Part shown: piece after piece, positions 13,698-26,200 of the stretch
How positions within the stretch are numbered: position 1 is the first letter of the stretch
Layout: each line of letters starts with the position of its first letter
Source: Mytilus edulis
Lineage: Eukaryota
Reading direction: 5' to 3'
Length of the DNA stretch: 64,000 nt
Assembly (NCBI RefSeq): GCF_963676685.1
Contig: NC_092347.1
Span: 26,970,001 to 27,034,000 of the forward strand
Translations under genes and position numbers: made by a program
The notes under the pieces: generated by a model
Database searches by the model: none
What the model saw: only the letters and a program-made list of their open reading frames with translations
What the model was told of the DNA's origin: nothing

Positions 13698-15274
13698 GTT
13701 CGCTACACTCGGTGATATTTTTTAAATTTTATATGGAATTACACTCCTTTCAAAATCTAGGGTCCGCCCATAAAGAGTACTTTTGAACTGTGCAGTATAT
13801 CTGAGGAAGTTATTGCACACCTTTGCTGTGCATTATCCAGATTATAGCACAGTAAGAACAAAGAGATTTTACCCATGTCATGTGTTAAGTATCCTTCCTT
13901 AACACATGACAGAGGCAAAATTCCTTTGATCTTACTGTGGTATAATCTGGATAATGCACGGGTCAGGTGTGCATTAACTACTTCAATAATTGCACAGGTC
14001 AAGTGAACTTCACGTCCTTGACAGATGTTTATTGTACAGTACTTTGCGTTTGTTGATTCCATTGCTACTACAAATATTTGTTTTTCTCCATTTTGTAAGA
14101 AATATCAAGTGGATACATGTATCTATACTCGGACATAAAAATCAGTCACTTGATAAAACATCAGAATAGAAAACATACAAAACAAATGTAGTAGTATTGC
14201 AATCAACATAATACAAGTCTAAATAAGATAAAGAACACAGGTTGATTTAATACTAAAATTATTTTTCCATCAATATAAAAAAAATTGTCATTAAAAAAAA
14301 AATGAAAATAAAGTATCATCGACATCTTCCTATTATAGTCTTGATATGTAAGTTATCAGTGTCACAACATGACACAATGAAAACTAAAAAAAAAAACCCG
14401 CCTTTTCATACATTTCTATGTACGGCTTAAAAACAACTTAAAATAACAATTCAGTGTTAAAAATTGAACACAAAATCTGTGAGGTTCACATCTTCGTTAC
14501 AAAATTGAACACGAAGTTTTGAAAAGAGCTGTTACTTGGCAATCCCCGATATTTTCCTTCTGGTTTTGAAACATTAAATGCATTTTCTGTATTTTCAATA
14601 TTAACTTGCTCAGGAAAGATTGCACGAGTATCGGTTAATGGTTTGGGATCCTCAAGTTTTATCTGCTTATTAGATGGATTCAAAATGTTAGAGACATCTT
14701 TTAGCATAGAATCCGCAGGTCTTTTGTAGGTACGAACAGCCTTTTCACTCCTGTGACCTGTTCTATCCATTATCATCTGCTCACTGACTCCTGCTTGGTA
14801 CAATCTAGTTGCAAGTGTTCTTTTCCCCGAGTGGTTACTAAAATTCCCCTTTAATTCTCCCTTTTGGCATATTGTCTTCATGAGTGACCCTAATCTATTA
14901 GCACCCAGTATGTGGTCAAACTTAACAGAACCATCTGATAAAACAGGTCTACGATAAAAAAAAAAAAAAAGGACTGCTAACAGATTTATCAATTTCGAAT
15001 ATTGCATTCATATACATCTGATACGATTTTAGGGTCTGACAATCCTTCTCTAAATATTGTCCGACATATTTTGGTGCAATATAGCGATGGCGTAGCCCTC
15101 CATTATACGTTTTATTATCCTTACCCCGGAATTCAATATAGTTTCCGTTATCATCTTCTCCTAATTGTATTTGAGAAATTTGCAGATTACGGTGTTCGTC
15201 ACGACCACGTAGACCAAAATATTTACAGTTGTAGAAAAAAACAGTATGCAATAAACTTTCGGATGAATGATTAC

Positions 15275-15371
15275 TAACTAAGCATTTACTAATATACTGT
15301 ATATTCATTTCAGGTATCAGTCATCCTTATTATTAAAGCTATAAACCTAGGAAGATGTTGACTCTCATTTA
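15275..15371 (+). repeat. 5' LTR (97 bp)
   Basis: Direct repeat of 20711-20807. Begins TAACTAA and ends CATTTA. Confidence 0.92.
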
Positions 15372-15413
15372 TGACTGATACTCAACTAACAGCTTAACCA
15401 CAGTGAATTTACA

Positions 15414-18400
15414 ATGCCAGTTCTACAGTGCCCTATAGACGGCTGTAATTGGAAATCTCAGGACCTGGATGAAGCATTTGCTGCTGCTCTAACCACTGCT
15501 CTACAGATTCATGACAAAACCGTCCACCCACCTCTGGCTCAACCGTCAACGCACAAGTTAAAATTAGACCCACCTTCTATAGCCACAGGATGTGATCCAG
15601 ATCAATGGTCTGCATTCACTAGACAGTGGAAGATGTATAAAACAGGGATGGCGATCACAGACAATGTCTTGCCCACAGCCCTTTTCTACTGCTGTGGCAC
15701 TAATCTGCGTACAGATATTATGCGTGACCTTCAAGGTGATGTTGCTAGTATGCTAGAGACAGATCTTTTAAAGGCAATCAAAAGGCTAGCTGTCAAAGAA
15801 GAAAGCACACTTGTCCAACGCATAAAATTGAACAGGATGACTCAATCACCTGGTTCAAATATCAGAACTTTTTTGGCCAGTCTCAGAGGCCAAGCATCAC
15901 TGTGCCAGTATAAAGCAACGTGTAAAGAATTAGGTTGCAACCATATATTTGACTATAGTGATGAGATAATAAAAGACAATTTAGTAAGAGGTATTGCAGA
16001 CCCAGAAATTATGTCTGACCTGCTAGGTGACTCCAAGACAGATAGAACATTAGAAGAGACTGTATCATTTATTGCTCAGAAAGAGCAGGGTAATGTCACA
16101 AGGAGTGCAGTAGGAGATTCAACTAGTGCTATGAGTGCCACATGTAATACCCAGAAGCGACCACAAGCAGCTGGAGCCAAATGTTGGGCTTGTGGTGGTC
16201 CTGCTCATGGACAGAGGAATGATCGCAAGGCCAGGTCTAGATACTGCGAAGCTTGGACATTCACATGTTCTAAATGTACAGTCAAAGGCCATTACACCAA
16301 ATCATGCAGCAAGTGCACTACCTGTGGCGTATGGGGCCACCGTGATGCATCTTCTAGAATCTGCACTCAAGGTAAGGGCCACAGGAACCCGCCCAATCAA
16401 GGGAAATCAACCAAAGACCAAGAACAAGAACAAGTTGGTTATATCTATGAGCAGCTGTGCACTACATCTGAACAGACAAACCAAGTATTACGTCTTGAAC
16501 ATCACATATTTGATGGACACTGGGTGGCGAGACCCTCAAAACCACATCCAATGCTCCTGGTGAACATGACACCCCTACCTGAGGACCATTCATCGTTTGG
16601 ACATCCCATTCAAGACACCTCTCAGCTTAAGACAATCACTATGTCCATGGTGGCTGATACAGGATGCCAGAGTTCAATCATACCTTTACAATCTGCAAAC
16701 AGTCTTGGAATAACAGAAAAGGATCTCCTTCCAGTAAAACTTGTGATGCGTGGAGCTATAAAGGAAGACCTCGGTGTAATTGGAGCAGTCGCAGTAAGTG
16801 TTACAACAAAAGACACTACTAGCAGTGCCATGTCAACACGTTTATTGCGTTATGTCTCTGATACCAAGGAAAAAGCTTTCATTTGCAGAGAAGCACTCAT
16901 ATCTCTGGGAATTATTCACACTAACTTTCCTAATGTATCAACAGTCACATCTCCAAACATTGCTGCATCTATGGAAAACTCTGAAGATGTAACCTGCTCT
17001 TGTCCTAGACGTCGACCTTCACCACCACCTGTTCCCACATCTTTACCACCCGGTCTGAAGGCCACAGAGGAACATATAGAGTCACTAAAAGAGTGGTTTC
17101 TTGATTACTATGGTGCTACAACATTTAATGTATGTGAACATCAACCTCTACCACTTATGAATTGTGAGCCTCTTCAACTCCATGTTGATCCAAATGCCAC
17201 ACCGGTAGCCGTCCACAAACCAGCACTTGTTCCTATCCATTGGCAGGATAAAGTTTATGCTGATCTTGAGAGAGATGTTCGCATTGGTGTACTGGAACAA
17301 ATAAGTCAAAACACACCTACAACTTGGTGCTCAAGAATGGTTGTAACCAGCAAGGCTGATGGCACTCCAAGGCGGACAGTAGACCTACAACCACAAAATC
17401 GACATTCTGTTCGGCAAACACATCATGTCCCAAGTCCTTTTCATCTAGCTGACCGTGTCCCTCAAGGTATGAAAAAAACAGTGACAGATGCTTGGAATGG
17501 GTACCACTCAGTGCCTGTTCGTGAAGAAGATCGCCATTTCACAACATTCATCACACCATGGGGGCGCTACAGGTACAAGGTTGCTCCACAGGGATTTATG
17601 GCCAGCGGTGACGCTTACAATCAACGATTTGATGCTATAATATCAAAATTCAACGACAAGGTTAAATGTGTGGATGACACATGTATGTGGGCGAACTCCA
17701 TTGAAGCAGCATTTTTTCAGGGATGTGAATGGCTCGACCTGTGTGCTCGTAACGGTATTACATTAAACCCAAAGAAGTTTTAATTTGCTCAAGACACTGT
17801 CAATTTTGCAGGACTTACAATCACCCCAACAAACATACGACCAAGTACTAAGTTCCTAGATGCAATTAGCAACTTCCCAACACCAACTGACATTACTGGT
17901 GCAAGAGCTTGGTTTGGGCTAATAAACCAAGGAGCATATGCATTTGCCATGGCAAGACAAATGAAACCTTTTCGTGCTCTGTTGAAACCATCCACCACAT
18001 TCTGCTGGACAAATGAATTAGATGAAGTATTTCACAAGTCAAAAGAGATCATTATTCAGGAGATGAAGGAAGGTGTTCGTCTTTTTGACCCTGCTCGTAT
18101 GACATGCCTAGCTACCGACTGGTCTGTTGACGGAATTGGATTCTTTTTGATGCAGAAGTACTGTCAGTGCTCAAGTAAAACCCCTACCTGCTGTAATGAC
18201 GGTTGGAAACTATGTCTAGTTGGCAGCAGATTCACACATCCAGCAGAAAGTAGATATGCTCCTATTGAAGGTGAGGCATTGACTGTTGTGTATGCACTTC
18301 ACCAAACACGCTACTATGTTCTTGGTTGCAAAGACCTTCTTGTTACAACTGACCACAAGCCACTACTACAGATTCTGAACGATCGATCACTCACAGACAT

Positions 18401-20265
18401 CGACAACAGACGACTTCTCAACCTCAAAGAGAAAACTTTAGGGTACAGATTCACAATTCTTCATGTACCAGGCAGAAAGAACCTTGGGCCAGATGCAGCG
18501 TCACGGTATCCTGTTGGACCACCAGATCGTCTGAACTTACCTGGTGAAGCACCTGAACTTGATTCCCTAGTTAACATGACTGCTCATTATCATGATACAC
18601 TTACCAGTCTATGTCTACATAAAGAGGATAATGATACAGCTAATGACGCCTCCACAGTCGCTGCTGCCACTTGTGCCTTGAATGCTGTTATCACAGTTGT
18701 TACTTGGAACATGGTTCGTGAGGCCACTGCATCAGACCCTACATTTGTAAATCTAATCAGGCAGCTGGAAGCAGGGTTCCCAGAAGACTACAAGGAGCTA
18801 CCAACAGACTTGCGTCCTTACCATCGCTTTGCATCCGTTTATGCACCGTGGATGGTGTAGTTCTTATGGGCCAACGAATTGTTATACCTCCAGCTCTTCG
18901 CAAACCAGTACTCAATGCTTTACACGCAGCCCACCAAGGAGTCAGCGCTATGCGTGCGAGGGCCATGGACTCTGTATATTGGCCTGAGATCACAGTAGAT
19001 ATTGCCCGGGTGAGAGACCAGTGTGTTCACTGCCATCAGATGGCTTAGTCAAACCCTATGCAGCCACCATCTGCCATAACACCTCCAGATTATCCATTCC
19101 AGATGATTTGCAGTGACTACTTCACATATAACAGTAATGACTATGTAGTTATTGTTGACAGGTATTCAAACTGGCCAATGGTATACAAGTCTGAATCAGG
19201 TGCCGAAGGACTTGTCAAGAGACTTCGTGAGACGTTCGTGACATTTGGAATCCCAGAAGAGTTGACGTCTGATGGAGGTCCACAGTTCAAAGCAGGGAAG
19301 ACTCAAGAGTTTTTAAAGGCCTGGGGAGTTCGTCATAGACTTTCATCAGTTGCAAACCCACACGCTAACTGCAGGGCTGAGATAGCGGTAAAAACAGTAA
19401 AACGCATGCTGGTGGACAACATTACTGCTGTTGGATCTCTGGATGTTGACAAATTCCAGAGAGCCTTACTAATGTACAGAAATTCTATTGACCCAGAGAC
19501 AAAAGCATCACCAGCATTGATTCTGTTTGGACGACCCATTCGTGATGCCATTCCCATACTGATGGGTAGATATTCTCCACATGAAACATGGACTGAGTTA
19601 ATGTCTCATCGAGAGATGGCTCTTGCCAAATGTCATTCAAGGGAACATGAACGGTGGAATGAACACACTCATCACCTGCCAACACTACAGGTTGGAGATC
19701 ATGTATACATACAAAACTTGGTAGGCAACCATCCCAGGAGATGGGAACGTACAGGAACAGTTGTTGAAGTACGCCAATACCACCAGTATGTTATACGTGT
19801 AGATGGTACAGGCCGAGTAACTATCCGCAACCGCCAACACCTTCGAAAGTTCACTCCTTTTCAAACCAACCAAACACAAGGTACTTTGATGGCACCTACT
19901 GCAGTTCAACATCAAGAAGTGATCTTGAGCTCTCCATCTACACACAAGTGCCCAAGATTCCAGTGTCTTTATCACCAACAAGAATCTTAAGTCAACCAGC
20001 TGCATTGAATGAGACACCAATTATAGTCCCCACTCAAAAACAGGCGACGCAGACTCAGACAATTCAACAGCCTTCACAAATAGATTTGGACCAGTCATTC
20101 CACCAGACCCCTGAAACAGATGTACCTTCAACGTCTAGAATACCACGTGCTCTATCCCGTCTTCAGCCACATAATAAAGCTGGAGAAAAGGAACTATTGA
20201 CACCACGAAGACCGAGCCGCCGCAACACAACAGAACATAACATTGATGAATCAGGAACTGATTAA
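15414..20265 (+). pseudogene. Gag-Pol polyprotein with stops and frameshifts
   Basis: Zinc knuckle CSKCTVKGHYTKSC, protease VADTG, RT DAWNGYHS..PQG..CVDD, RNase H LATDWS..YAPIEGE..TDHKPL, integrase HAAH..CVHC, SDYF/SDGGPQF/AEIAVK. Stops at 17781 and 19046, frameshifts at ~18838 and ~19945. Confidence 0.92.
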
Positions 20266-20313
20266 TGAAATATATATGCAAAGACATTGATAAGTGAATC
20301 TAGAGACTTTGCG

Positions 20314-20586
20314 TTTAAAATTGTGAAAGGACACCATACATTTAAAATTGTGAAAGGACACCATATGTTTCAAATTGTGAGAGGACACCATACGTTTAAA
20401 ATGGTGAAAGGACACCATACATTTAAAATTGTGAAAGGACACCATATGTTTCAAATTGTGAGAGAACACCATACGTTTAAAATTGTGAAAGGACACCATA
20501 CATTTAAAATTGTGAAAGGACACCATATGTTTAAAATTGTGAAAGGACACCATACGTTTAAAATTGTGAAAGGACACCATACGTTT
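20314..20586. repeat. 27-bp tandem repeat (10 copies) in the 3' non-coding region of the LTR element
   Basis: Unit TTTAAAATTGTGAAAGGACACCATAC(A/G). Confidence 0.92.
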
Positions 20587-20710
20587 AATCTTGTTTGCTT
20601 CCAGATGACTAACAGAACATTCCTGAAGATCTATTTTCTAATAGACTTGACTTTAATTGTTTAAGTTTTTTTTTTCGTATACAAAAAAAACTTGTCCCCC
20701 GGGGAGGAGA

Positions 20711-20807
20711 TAACTAATCATTTACTAATATACTGTATATTCATTTCAGGTATCAGTCATCCTTATTATTAAAGCTATAAACCTAGGAAGATGTTGACTC
20801 TCATTTA
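20711..20807 (+). repeat. 3' LTR (97 bp)
   Basis: Directly follows the polypurine tract and is followed by the TSD ATTAC. Confidence 0.92.
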
Positions 20808-23157
20808 ATTACCAAACACAGACTTGTCCCACAATATTTCTTCCTGTTCAACTGAAATTGGATCTGCTTGTTTAAAATTTATACCATACCCATCTGATGT
20901 TAATTTCTTCATCTGTGCATCAAGTATTTCTCTAAACATCAGAAATCTGTCATCAGACTCGTTCAAAAAGTTAAGATTAGAAACACCGTGTGACCGCATT
21001 CCTATTAGAAGTCCAGTTACAAGAAGATAAAGTGTTTTCGCTGGATATTTCTCTCCATTCTTTTTTCGAACTTCTAAAACAAATTTTCCTAAAATGCTGT
21101 TAATATCTTGAACAGACAAATCCTTCAGGTTTGGTATAATTAAACCACTACCAATTTTAGAATTCTGCCAGTAATGTCATAAACATTAACTGCCCATTTT
21201 GTGGCTTTCTTTGTGTTTTTGTTCTCAGCATCTTCAATAAGTGTATCAATTTCATTGTCTGTCATTTCTGAAAACCTTGATTCGACTCCTTGTTCCTGAT
21301 CTTTAGGTTCTTCATGCTAAAATAAGATATCACATAATTTAACACATGGCAGAGGCAAAATCCAGGATGTTCCGGATGAGAACAATTAAACAATAAAACT
21401 AGTCGGAAGTTTCCGCAAATGATTATATCAAGGGTCTAAGAAGCAGATCCAGAACTTTTTATTTAAGGGGGAGGGCTGACTGACCTAAAAGGAGGGGGCG
21501 CGGGTCATGCTTCAGTGATTCCCTATATAATTTACCATTTTTTTCCACAAAAGAAGGACCCGGGACTCCATCCCTTGGAATCCCTCAAATCATGCAATAA
21601 TGGGTCTGCGCGTGGCAGATAATTCTAAAAAAAGACGTACCTTGACATTTTGGATCTTTCCGTTTTCCGAAGGAACTTGCAACCATAGATCTAAGTCTAG
21701 TCCTAGGTCAAATGAAACAGCTGAGGTGTTGATTAAATCTCCAGATGCATTCTCATCCATCACATTACTAGGAAACTCTCCAAAAAAGTCCTCTATATTT
21801 ACATTTCTCAGTTCCATTTCATCCTCCAATGTTTCTAATACTTGCGATAAGATCATATCATCCTCCGATAATTCATGATGAAATCCATCCATTTCAACGT
21901 TTTGTTGGGCGAATGTGATTTATGCGGGAAAATTGTTGACGTCATGTGTTAAAACAGTTATTGGCCAATCAAATCGGTATGTTTTAATTTGCACAGCACG
22001 AGATGACCCATTAACCCGAACTCCTTCGTCGTTCGGGTTAAACAGGGTCACTCGAGCTGTGCAAATTAAATCCCATATACCGACTTGCTTGGTCAATAAC
22101 TATAACATAGGACAGTATGACTCGCTTAAAATATAAAATTTTCATGTTCATTGAATTGCAAAGTACGGTTCAAATTCCTAATTTTGGGGGTGGGGGTGGG
22201 GGGGGGGGGGGGTGGGTACATTTCCAAAAGAACATGTGTATAGTTTTAAGTTGACATGAACATAACTTCATTGTAATTTAATCTACCTTAACAAACAGAC
22301 GAAACCTAGTATTGGACGGACGGACTGACGGACGGCAGCACAGACCAGAAAACATTATGCCCCACTACCGTAGTAGGGACATAAAATTCCTAGTCACAAA
22401 TGGCAAATTTTGTTTGAGGCTGATATTCAGACGATCCACTGTAATAGCTATTATAATTTCAATGTTCCCTCATTGTTGCACGTGACAAGAAGCCTTAGTA
22501 TCAACTTTAATAATTACTATTTTCTAGGCATCTCAATAAATACTAAATACTGTATATATAGCCGATAGCCCAGCAATACTGGTGGACCCCATATTTTATG
22601 AATATAAATATAATTGATAAACACAATATTCATAAAGCATGAGTATCAATGCACAGTAAATTAACTTTCATTAAAGAATTCAATAGAATAATTAGTAAAT
22701 TGTGTTCAAAAATATTTTGCTCTGTCATCAACAATCCCGTCGGCCAGGAAAGACCAACAAAAACGAGTTACATCGGTCAAACTCCATTTAAACTGCATTC
22801 AAAAGACTGGTGACATTTTAAATAAAGTGGAAGATGTGGCAAACCTGTGTCCAAACCCAAATGCTAGGAAGACCGTCTCGAGAGTTATATTTAGACTGTA
22901 TATAAAGTAAATATACTATACATATAAATAGACTGTAATAAGTAATAACTAAGTTACTCTTTAGTAAAATATCTGCCTTCCAAATACAAATTAGAATAAC
23001 AATTCAATTGAAAATGAACTGTATTTCACTGTTGTCCAGTCAGATGATTGGCTAGAAGTGACAAACTAGGGAAAATATTCCCACTTAATATCAATATCTT
23101 CGGCTATGCATATATCTCGTTAGAAGATTTTCTATAGGTCGTTCCTCAAAACACAGA

Positions 23158-23290
23158 TTTTGTTTCGTTTCGTTGTGTTTCGTTTCTCAATTTACATGTT
23201 TTGTTTCGTTTCGCTGTTTCGTTTCGTTTCGCTGTGTTTCGTTTCGTTTTACCATGTTTCGTTTCGTTTCGTTTCGCTCTGTTTCGTTTC
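23158..23290. repeat. (GTTTC)n microsatellite
   Basis: Visible pentamer array. It explains the spurious F/R/V/S-rich ORFs here. Confidence 0.9.
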
Positions 23291-26200
23291 TGTATCTGTA
23301 TCTGTATCTTGCCAATATAGGCACACCTTCAGTACGAAGTAATAAATCGAATATAAATCCAATCACCAATAGAATTATAATACAGTCTGTACACAATAAA
23401 AGTATGTCAATATATTCCTTCACCAATATCATATATCAAGTCTTATTCACGGAATTTAGAATATATTTACTTTTAATTAATAATAACTTACAGTCCACAC
23501 ACAACTACTACATAGCTAAATTTGACTTTCTTAAGTTTTTCTGTCCAGTGTTTAGGAGCTTGTATCTTTGCATATTATTATGCAGGATATATATAAGTGT
23601 TCTACAAGCAGGTTCAACATGCAAGCTAATAAAGCTACATAAATCACTAGTTTTGGTGCAAGCACATAATTTCACTAGATAGTATGGGTTAATTATCACA
23701 TGGGTTAGGTTTATATCCAAACTAATGTTAAATAGTTCTACCAATCTAAGACATTGCTCACGTATCACTTTTAAAAGCTTTTCTCTGTCCGGTTGCGATG
23801 TGTTGCAAGCTAGAATAACCCTCTGAATTTTCATTTATCTTTTCTCTCCAGTAAGTATAAATTTTCCTTGTAATAATTTTTTTCCATTGGAATTTTCCAA
23901 GAGGGTAAGTTAGGAAATTCTGACAGTCTGGCAGATCACATTTTAGGCATATTTTCTTTATTTGTATGAACCAGCTTTTACTTGTATGTGTTTTTAATTG
24001 CAGCTGTCTTTCTGCCAATCTCCATTCAACTGATGTTTTGTTAGCTCTGGTGATATTTCCAAAAAGTGTTAAAGCTTTAAGGTGGATTTCAGCTTCAATT
24101 GGTAGCATTCCACTTAGTATGATCTAGTATGTATATAGCAGGGTCAGCTGTTTGTTGAGATAAAGAGAGTATTTGTTTAATAATTTTCTTGTGAAATTGG
24201 TTGATTGTGTCAAAAATGCTGCCTGTCGGAAGTAGTATTTCCAAACCATGATAGGTTAATATAGGCATAACATATGTATTTAAAAAAGTTATAGCTGTTT
24301 CAGGATCTAATCCATTCCTCCCATGTAAGCCTGCGCCCATTAGACTATATAATGATCCTCTTGCCTTCTTTATGTTAATATCAACAGTTAATTTTGCCGA
24401 GTTTTTCTGACACTTTTGTATACCAATATGTGAGGAGTGATCTACAACTGGCATAGGGTTATTGTTTATATGCCAAAAAATGTCCTCTATTTCAATCGAT
24501 CTGGATGAAGTGTTTACATACCGGTAATATTACACTTTTTGTTGGTTGTAGAGTGTATCCCTCTCTCCTACTAAAATTGACTGCAATATTTACTAGCGTC
24601 TGAAGTTCTACTAGATTGTTTGCTATGATAGCAACGTCATCAGCACATGTTGGAGCACAGCAGCTAATATTGCCTATGTGTCCACCTATTCATGTGTCAC
24701 ATAAGAGGTTTAGTAGAGGGTTTACATACAACTTGTACAGATCTGCACTAATGGTACCACCTTGGCGTACACCCTGTTCTATCCCAAAGACTGCTGAAGT
24801 TTTATTTCTCCATTTTTATACAAGCTGTTGCATTTTTGTATAGACTGTCTATCAATATTATGGATTGATCATAGATTCCTGTTTGATATTATCTCCTTAT
24901 AAGATTTGAATGTACGACCACACCAAATGCCGATTTACCATCAAGTAAAGCTATGTATGTTGGTAATTTGAGATCTTTACTTTCACGCTCAAACTCTTCA
25001 ATAATTAATTCACATAACAGAGGGGTGGTGTTCTCGGTAAATGCTCTTTGTAATTGATTTTGTTTCTCCAGGATGATAGGGTTTTCCCGTAATTTAATTA
25101 TCTTTTCAATTATTTTGGAGTATATAGGTGTGACTGTTATTTCTCTATAGTTTTTCGCATATCTTGCACCACCCTTATTCTTGAATACAGGAAATAGTGT
25201 ACCAATTTTCAGAATATCAGATATACAGCCTAGTTCCAAAGATCTGTTGATAAGTAGTTGCAAATATTGTTGCAATTGTTTACCACCATATATGATATTT
25301 TCAGCGTTTACACCAAAGAAGTCGGCAGCTTTATTCCTATTTAGACATGATATTGCTTTTGAAATCTCTTCTTCTGAAATAGGGTTATGCTTGAAACGAT
25401 CTTTACATATGTCAATTATAATTTTAGCTTCTTTTTCAATAAGATCTTGTCGATATTGAGTGTCATAATTTTGATTTTGTTCCTTTTTTGCAAGCTTATG
25501 AAAGTGTGAACGCCAGCCTTCAATGATATTATCGTTGTGATAGGTATTATCATCTACATGTAATTGATCTATAAATCTAGATAATTTTCCTCTTTGACCT
25601 TTTATAATTTTTATAAAACATGTTTCTGTCTGATGTTCTGACATTAATTAGTTTTTGACGTTTATTTATTCTACGTTTAGCTACTTCTAATCTGCATTCT
25701 TTACGTAGAATGTGCGTTGTTAGTTTATTCTTTTTCAGATATATGCTATCGGATTCTTTTGGACGTCCATTTAACTTCCAGTCGTGAAAAGCAAGTTTCT
25801 TCTTTTTGATAGCTTCTTTTATGGCGTCAATCATTACTTGTAGCTTAGGTCTTTTTTTCCCCAATTTTGATTGCTGGTGCTGCAGCTTTAGTAGATTTAA
25901 CAATAATTTGATTGAGATTCTTGAAAGCGTTTGTTACATCTTCTATTGTCTCTATTGTTGGTTTGCTGTCTGGTATTTCTGAAGCAATAAGAGTCTCATA
26001 TAGCTGTGTATCAACTTTATCCCATTTGATCTTACGTTTGACAGAAGTATTACTTGAATTGATTTGTTTCACAGGATGATGATATTGAAGGATCAGTTTA
26101 ATTGGGTAATGATCTGATACATTAGATATTATGTATATATAAATTTTGAAATATAAAATAGTCAATGGCAGTGGTATCACATGCAGCCGTTTGAATGGAT

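Larger units (their letters stand above)
15275..20807 (+). mobile_element. Ty3/Gypsy LTR retrotransposon, full length but coding-defective
   Basis: 97-bp LTRs (96/97 identical), 5-bp TSD ATTAC (15270-15274; 20808-20812), PPT GGGGAGGAGA (20701-20710), domain order gag-PR-RT-RH-IN. Confidence 0.95.
14486..21892 (-). pseudogene. Crypton tyrosine recombinase (DUF3504/ZMYM-KCTD1-related), disrupted
   Basis: Exon 1 is 21892-21641 (AAG|GTACGT). Exon 2 starts at 21316 (TTTTAG|CAT): ENKNTRKATKWAV..FVLEVRKKNGEKYP..VFGN / HSSESL..FGLRGRDEHR..NHSGKRT..RTGHRSEKAVRTY. Frameshifts at ~21175 and in the A15 run (14956-14970). LTR insertion at 15275-20807. Confidence 0.85.
13730..22105 (-). mobile_element. 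Crypton-type tyrosine-recombinase DNA transposon (boundaries approximate), interrupted by an LTR element
   Basis: Two-exon YR gene flanked by long imperfect palindromes at 13783-14002 and 21956-22101. No TIR/TSD pair is evident, consistent with Cryptons. Confidence 0.75.

Noticed and set aside
16135-20020. Alternative-frame and antisense ORFs inside the Gypsy element
   Set aside because: No recognisable motifs. Expected shadows of a long coding region.
23160-23682. ORFs of 60-169 aa
   Set aside because: Translation of the (GTTTC)n microsatellite and LINE antisense.
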